Source: Chrysomallon squamiferum (taxonomy: Eukaryota; Animalia; Mollusca). Taken from it: a stretch of DNA of 64,000 bases. Below, one piece after another: positions 53,781 through 64,000 of this stretch (the stretch's first letter is position 1; the number at the start of each line of letters is the position of its first letter). Position numbers and translations under genes: made by a program. The stretch is from NCBI GenBank assembly GCA_012295275.1, contig CM022674.1, positions 8,990,001 through 9,054,000 of the forward strand, given 5' to 3'. A model generated the notes under the pieces. That model searched no databases and was not told where the DNA came from. It saw only the letters and a program-made list of their open reading frames with translations.

Positions 53781-54365
53781 CTGTTGCTATTAATATCATA
53801 CATCTACATCTACAATTATAGTATAATATTATTGCTGCTAACACTACTATTGTTATTACTGCTAGTATTTCTTCTGTTCTACTATTACTATAGAAGCAAT
53901 TACTATGCTTAAAATTTAAGAAGTGTGTGATCAATATAATTTTAACATTTTAGCTTCGCACGTACATACTCACTCACACGTTAATAATAATAATAAGATA
54001 AAGAATAATAAAGAGCATTTGTTTATAATCGTTGTCTTTGAAACTGCTGACAAATGTTTATTATTTACAACATACATATAAATATCGGCAACAGTCATTA
54101 AAAACTGATATTTTCTGAAAACAAATTGTAACAACACGGTTTCTGTTTGAGAGAGTTTTATTAACATTGGAATCCAAATTTATTTTGACATGAAAATTTC
54201 GAAAGTTGACGTCAGATTGTTTTCTCTATGTCTAGATATCGCTTGAAAATGCTCGTTCTTGTAAGAATTACAAAACTAAATTTATGTTGCTGTATATAAA
54301 CTTATCTTTATATTTAGAATAATTATTGTGAAATGATAGAACTACAAAGAAAGTGTACCGTTTAC

Positions 54366-61460
<7,095 letters not shown>

Positions 61461-62351
61461 ATTTTCTTTGAATTTTGTTCCCGAGAAACTCTATTTTCAC
61501 ACCTCGGTGGAAGCGGGAGGCAGCAACCGGCTAACCGATCATGAATTATTAAAAAGAAACCTATCACCGGAAATCGGCTGGTGACCCACTTCCGGGTGCA
61601 GATAAATGATTTAATTTTGCTTTTGCTTTGATAGGTTTTAATTGATTGATTAGTGAAATTTAAGTCATTTGGCAGTCTTACTTAAGATATGTCATTACAC
61701 AGAAATAAAATAAACATATTTTAAACACAAAATTAGAATACCTGCGGCTGGTAAAATTCTTGCAGAAATCTGTTGCGCAATTTCGCAATTTCTCACGTAT
61801 TTTACAAATTATATATATATAATTTGAATTTACAATATAAATAAAATAAAAATAAAACATCAGGAATAAAATCGAATACCAATAAAAATGAAAACAGTAA
61901 AACTAAATAAAATAAAACAAATGTTTATTTCTTATTTCGCGTAGTATACTTGAAACTGAAGACATGGAAATAATAATAATAATAGTAATAATAATAATAT
62001 ATTTTCTTTTTCTTCTTCTTATTATTTTATATATATATATTTTAGTGTTCATTGCTTTATTAATATCAGCTTATGAGTATTAAAACAGAATCCTCTGTGT
62101 TAACGATCTTACGAGTTATACCCTATAGAGAACATCAAAAGAAAAAACGAAACCGACTGACCTAGGAACCTATCTAGTTACTGAAAAACGAATATAAAGT
62201 TAGTACTTTGAATTTGTTAATACTGTTTTCACATATTAATCTTTAGGATTTATGAGATTTAATACAATTTGATTTTACTACAGTTTACCAGGGATTTTTT
62301 GTTTGTTCGTATTCTATTGTGCATTTGCATATGTTTATTTATTTATTTATA

Positions 62352-62389
<38 letters not shown>

Positions 62390-62430
62390 AGAACAATTAC
62401 TATAAACAAAGAGAAAACTGACACGCAGAT

Positions 62431-62462
<32 letters not shown>

Positions 62463-62500
62463 AATTTATGTCTACGTGCTGATCAGCAGCAGCAAAACGA

Positions 62501-62559
62501 TGACTCAGTAAATTTGTTATTTTCCCCCTTGTTGCAGCTAGCCGCAGGCGATGACGTCA
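62501..62559. promoter_or_regulatory. AP-1 (TGACTCA) plus CRE (TGACGTCA) pair upstream of the Reeler gene
   Basis: Exact consensus sites at 62501-62507 and 62552-62559 in a CpG-rich patch about 1.1 kb upstream of the ATG. Confidence 0.4.
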
Positions 62560-63548
62560 CCTGTTTCGTGCGTGCTGAAAACGACCTCTAGCTTGGTGGC
62601 AACCTCGACCGCTAATCTCCTTTTACTAACGTGTTGTTACCGTGACCCAGGACAAACTTACTAAATGTCGTGCCAATATAAACAACTCGGATTTGAAAAC
62701 GTGAAATTATACAACCGCAATAACTCCCCACCAACCCCCCCCCCAAAACCACCACCACCACCACCAACAACAACAAACAAACAAAAACCCGACAAAAAAA
62801 CAACAACAAAATTCTGTTAGTCACATACTTTATACAGCATTCCACGTTAAACCTCCCTAGCAAAGCATCTATGTGTCTGACCAAGCACCTGATCAAACTT
62901 CACACAAAGGAAAAATTATACCAACATGAATTGAATTAATAAAAGTTTATTTGTTTTACAAAAATAAAATTTAAACGTTTAAATCACAATATTCAGTTTA
63001 GTTTTTTCGTTTTCAAAAGAAATACAAGGAATGTTTTTTTAAGTAACACAGTTTTTAACACTCGTGACAAACATATTCTGTTTCATCAGGAAACCGGTCA
63101 GTGGAACTAAGGTTTATAAAACTTTTTTAAAATTCAAAATTTATAATTAGATTAATTTGACTTTTGTATAAATTATTTATTTATTTATTTACTTATTTAT
63201 TTATTTTTTGTTACCTTTATTGCTTCTATTAGAAAGAAAGGAAAAAAAAAAAAAAAATAAATAAATAAGTAAGTAAGTAAGTAAGTAAATAAATAAATAA
63301 ATAAATAAAAATATTAATGATAAACAATAAAATATGTTCTCTGAAAAATATTATTGTTAGTTATTTTTCGGCTAACACATTAAATACTGTGTTAAAGTGA
63401 TTTAGCGACCCTTGTCTAAATTACATTCATTTTTTTTTTTTTTTTTTTTATTTTTGCTAGATGTGGTATTTGCCCTGCCACACTGCTGTTTCAGGGGCGT
63501 TCACCAGCCTGTCACAGTGCGGCTAGAAGACAGGGTGTGCTTGTAAAA

Positions 63549-63617
63549 TCAGTGCAGCAGAGTCGGTGTACCGGGCTGAGGTTTTTTGTCTCCAGTCTTT
63601 TCTGTAGCATCTTTATC
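63549..63617 (-). CDS. Probable terminal exon of a gene extending beyond the window (DKDATEKTGDKKPQPGTPTLLH* if phase 0)
   Basis: TTTTTCTTTTTGTATTTAG acceptor followed by a GC-richer block; reading frame uncertain. Confidence 0.35.
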   Translation of the reverse strand, partial: DKDATEKTGDKKPQPGTPTLLH

Positions 63618-63898
63618 CTAAATACAAAAAAGAAAAAAAATTTACTGCTCATAACTTTCTTTTTAAAAAACAATAGCAACATAGGATGGTAAGAAGAAAC
63701 TTAATAAAGTAATATTTGAAGGTAATCCAGACATAATCTCTTAATTTCTTTACACATACACACATACACAATGCACACACGCACACACACACACACAAAC
63801 ATATATATAAAGGTATGTGTGTGGTACATATATGTATATGTATATAAATGTATATCATATTATGTGTTTATGTATGTATGTATGTATGTATGTATAAA

Positions 63899-63941
<43 letters not shown>

Positions 63942-64000
63942 TTGTATTATCACAAAATATCCTGTTTGACCTGTCTACAATTGAAGTGAGAGAAGTGTGT

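Noticed and set aside
52679-53934. Thr/Ala/Cys-rich ORFs in the 64-bp array
   Set aside because: The unit length is not a multiple of 3; the ORFs are repeat artefacts.

Overview
AT-rich animal genomic DNA with spliceosomal GT-AG introns and many microsatellites; gene and repeat content suggest a lophotrochozoan, probably a mollusc (inference). Four protein-coding genes can be assembled with phase-consistent exons. (1) + strand AFAP1-family double-PH/leucine-zipper adaptor, 1781-16757, 5' end not located. (2) + strand ZMAT3/ZMAT4-like protein with three matrin-type zinc fingers behind a very large FET-like SYGQ prion-like plus RGG region, 22405-28590 (or 33980). (3) - strand 'pathogen-related protein' (SnoaL/NTF2-like), 49104-51180. 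(4) - strand secreted Reeler-domain protein with a GGFGG low-complexity tail, 54366-61460. A probable terminal exon of a fifth gene lies near 63.6 kb. Between genes 2 and 3 are a decayed multi-exon gene, an internally deleted L1/Tx1-type LINE with intact ends and a 14-bp TSD, a MULE transposase relic and tandem repeats. CpG is scarce over 1-48 kb and common beyond about 48.5 kb. No rRNA, tRNA or CRISPR array was seen. All calls are by eye, without database searches.
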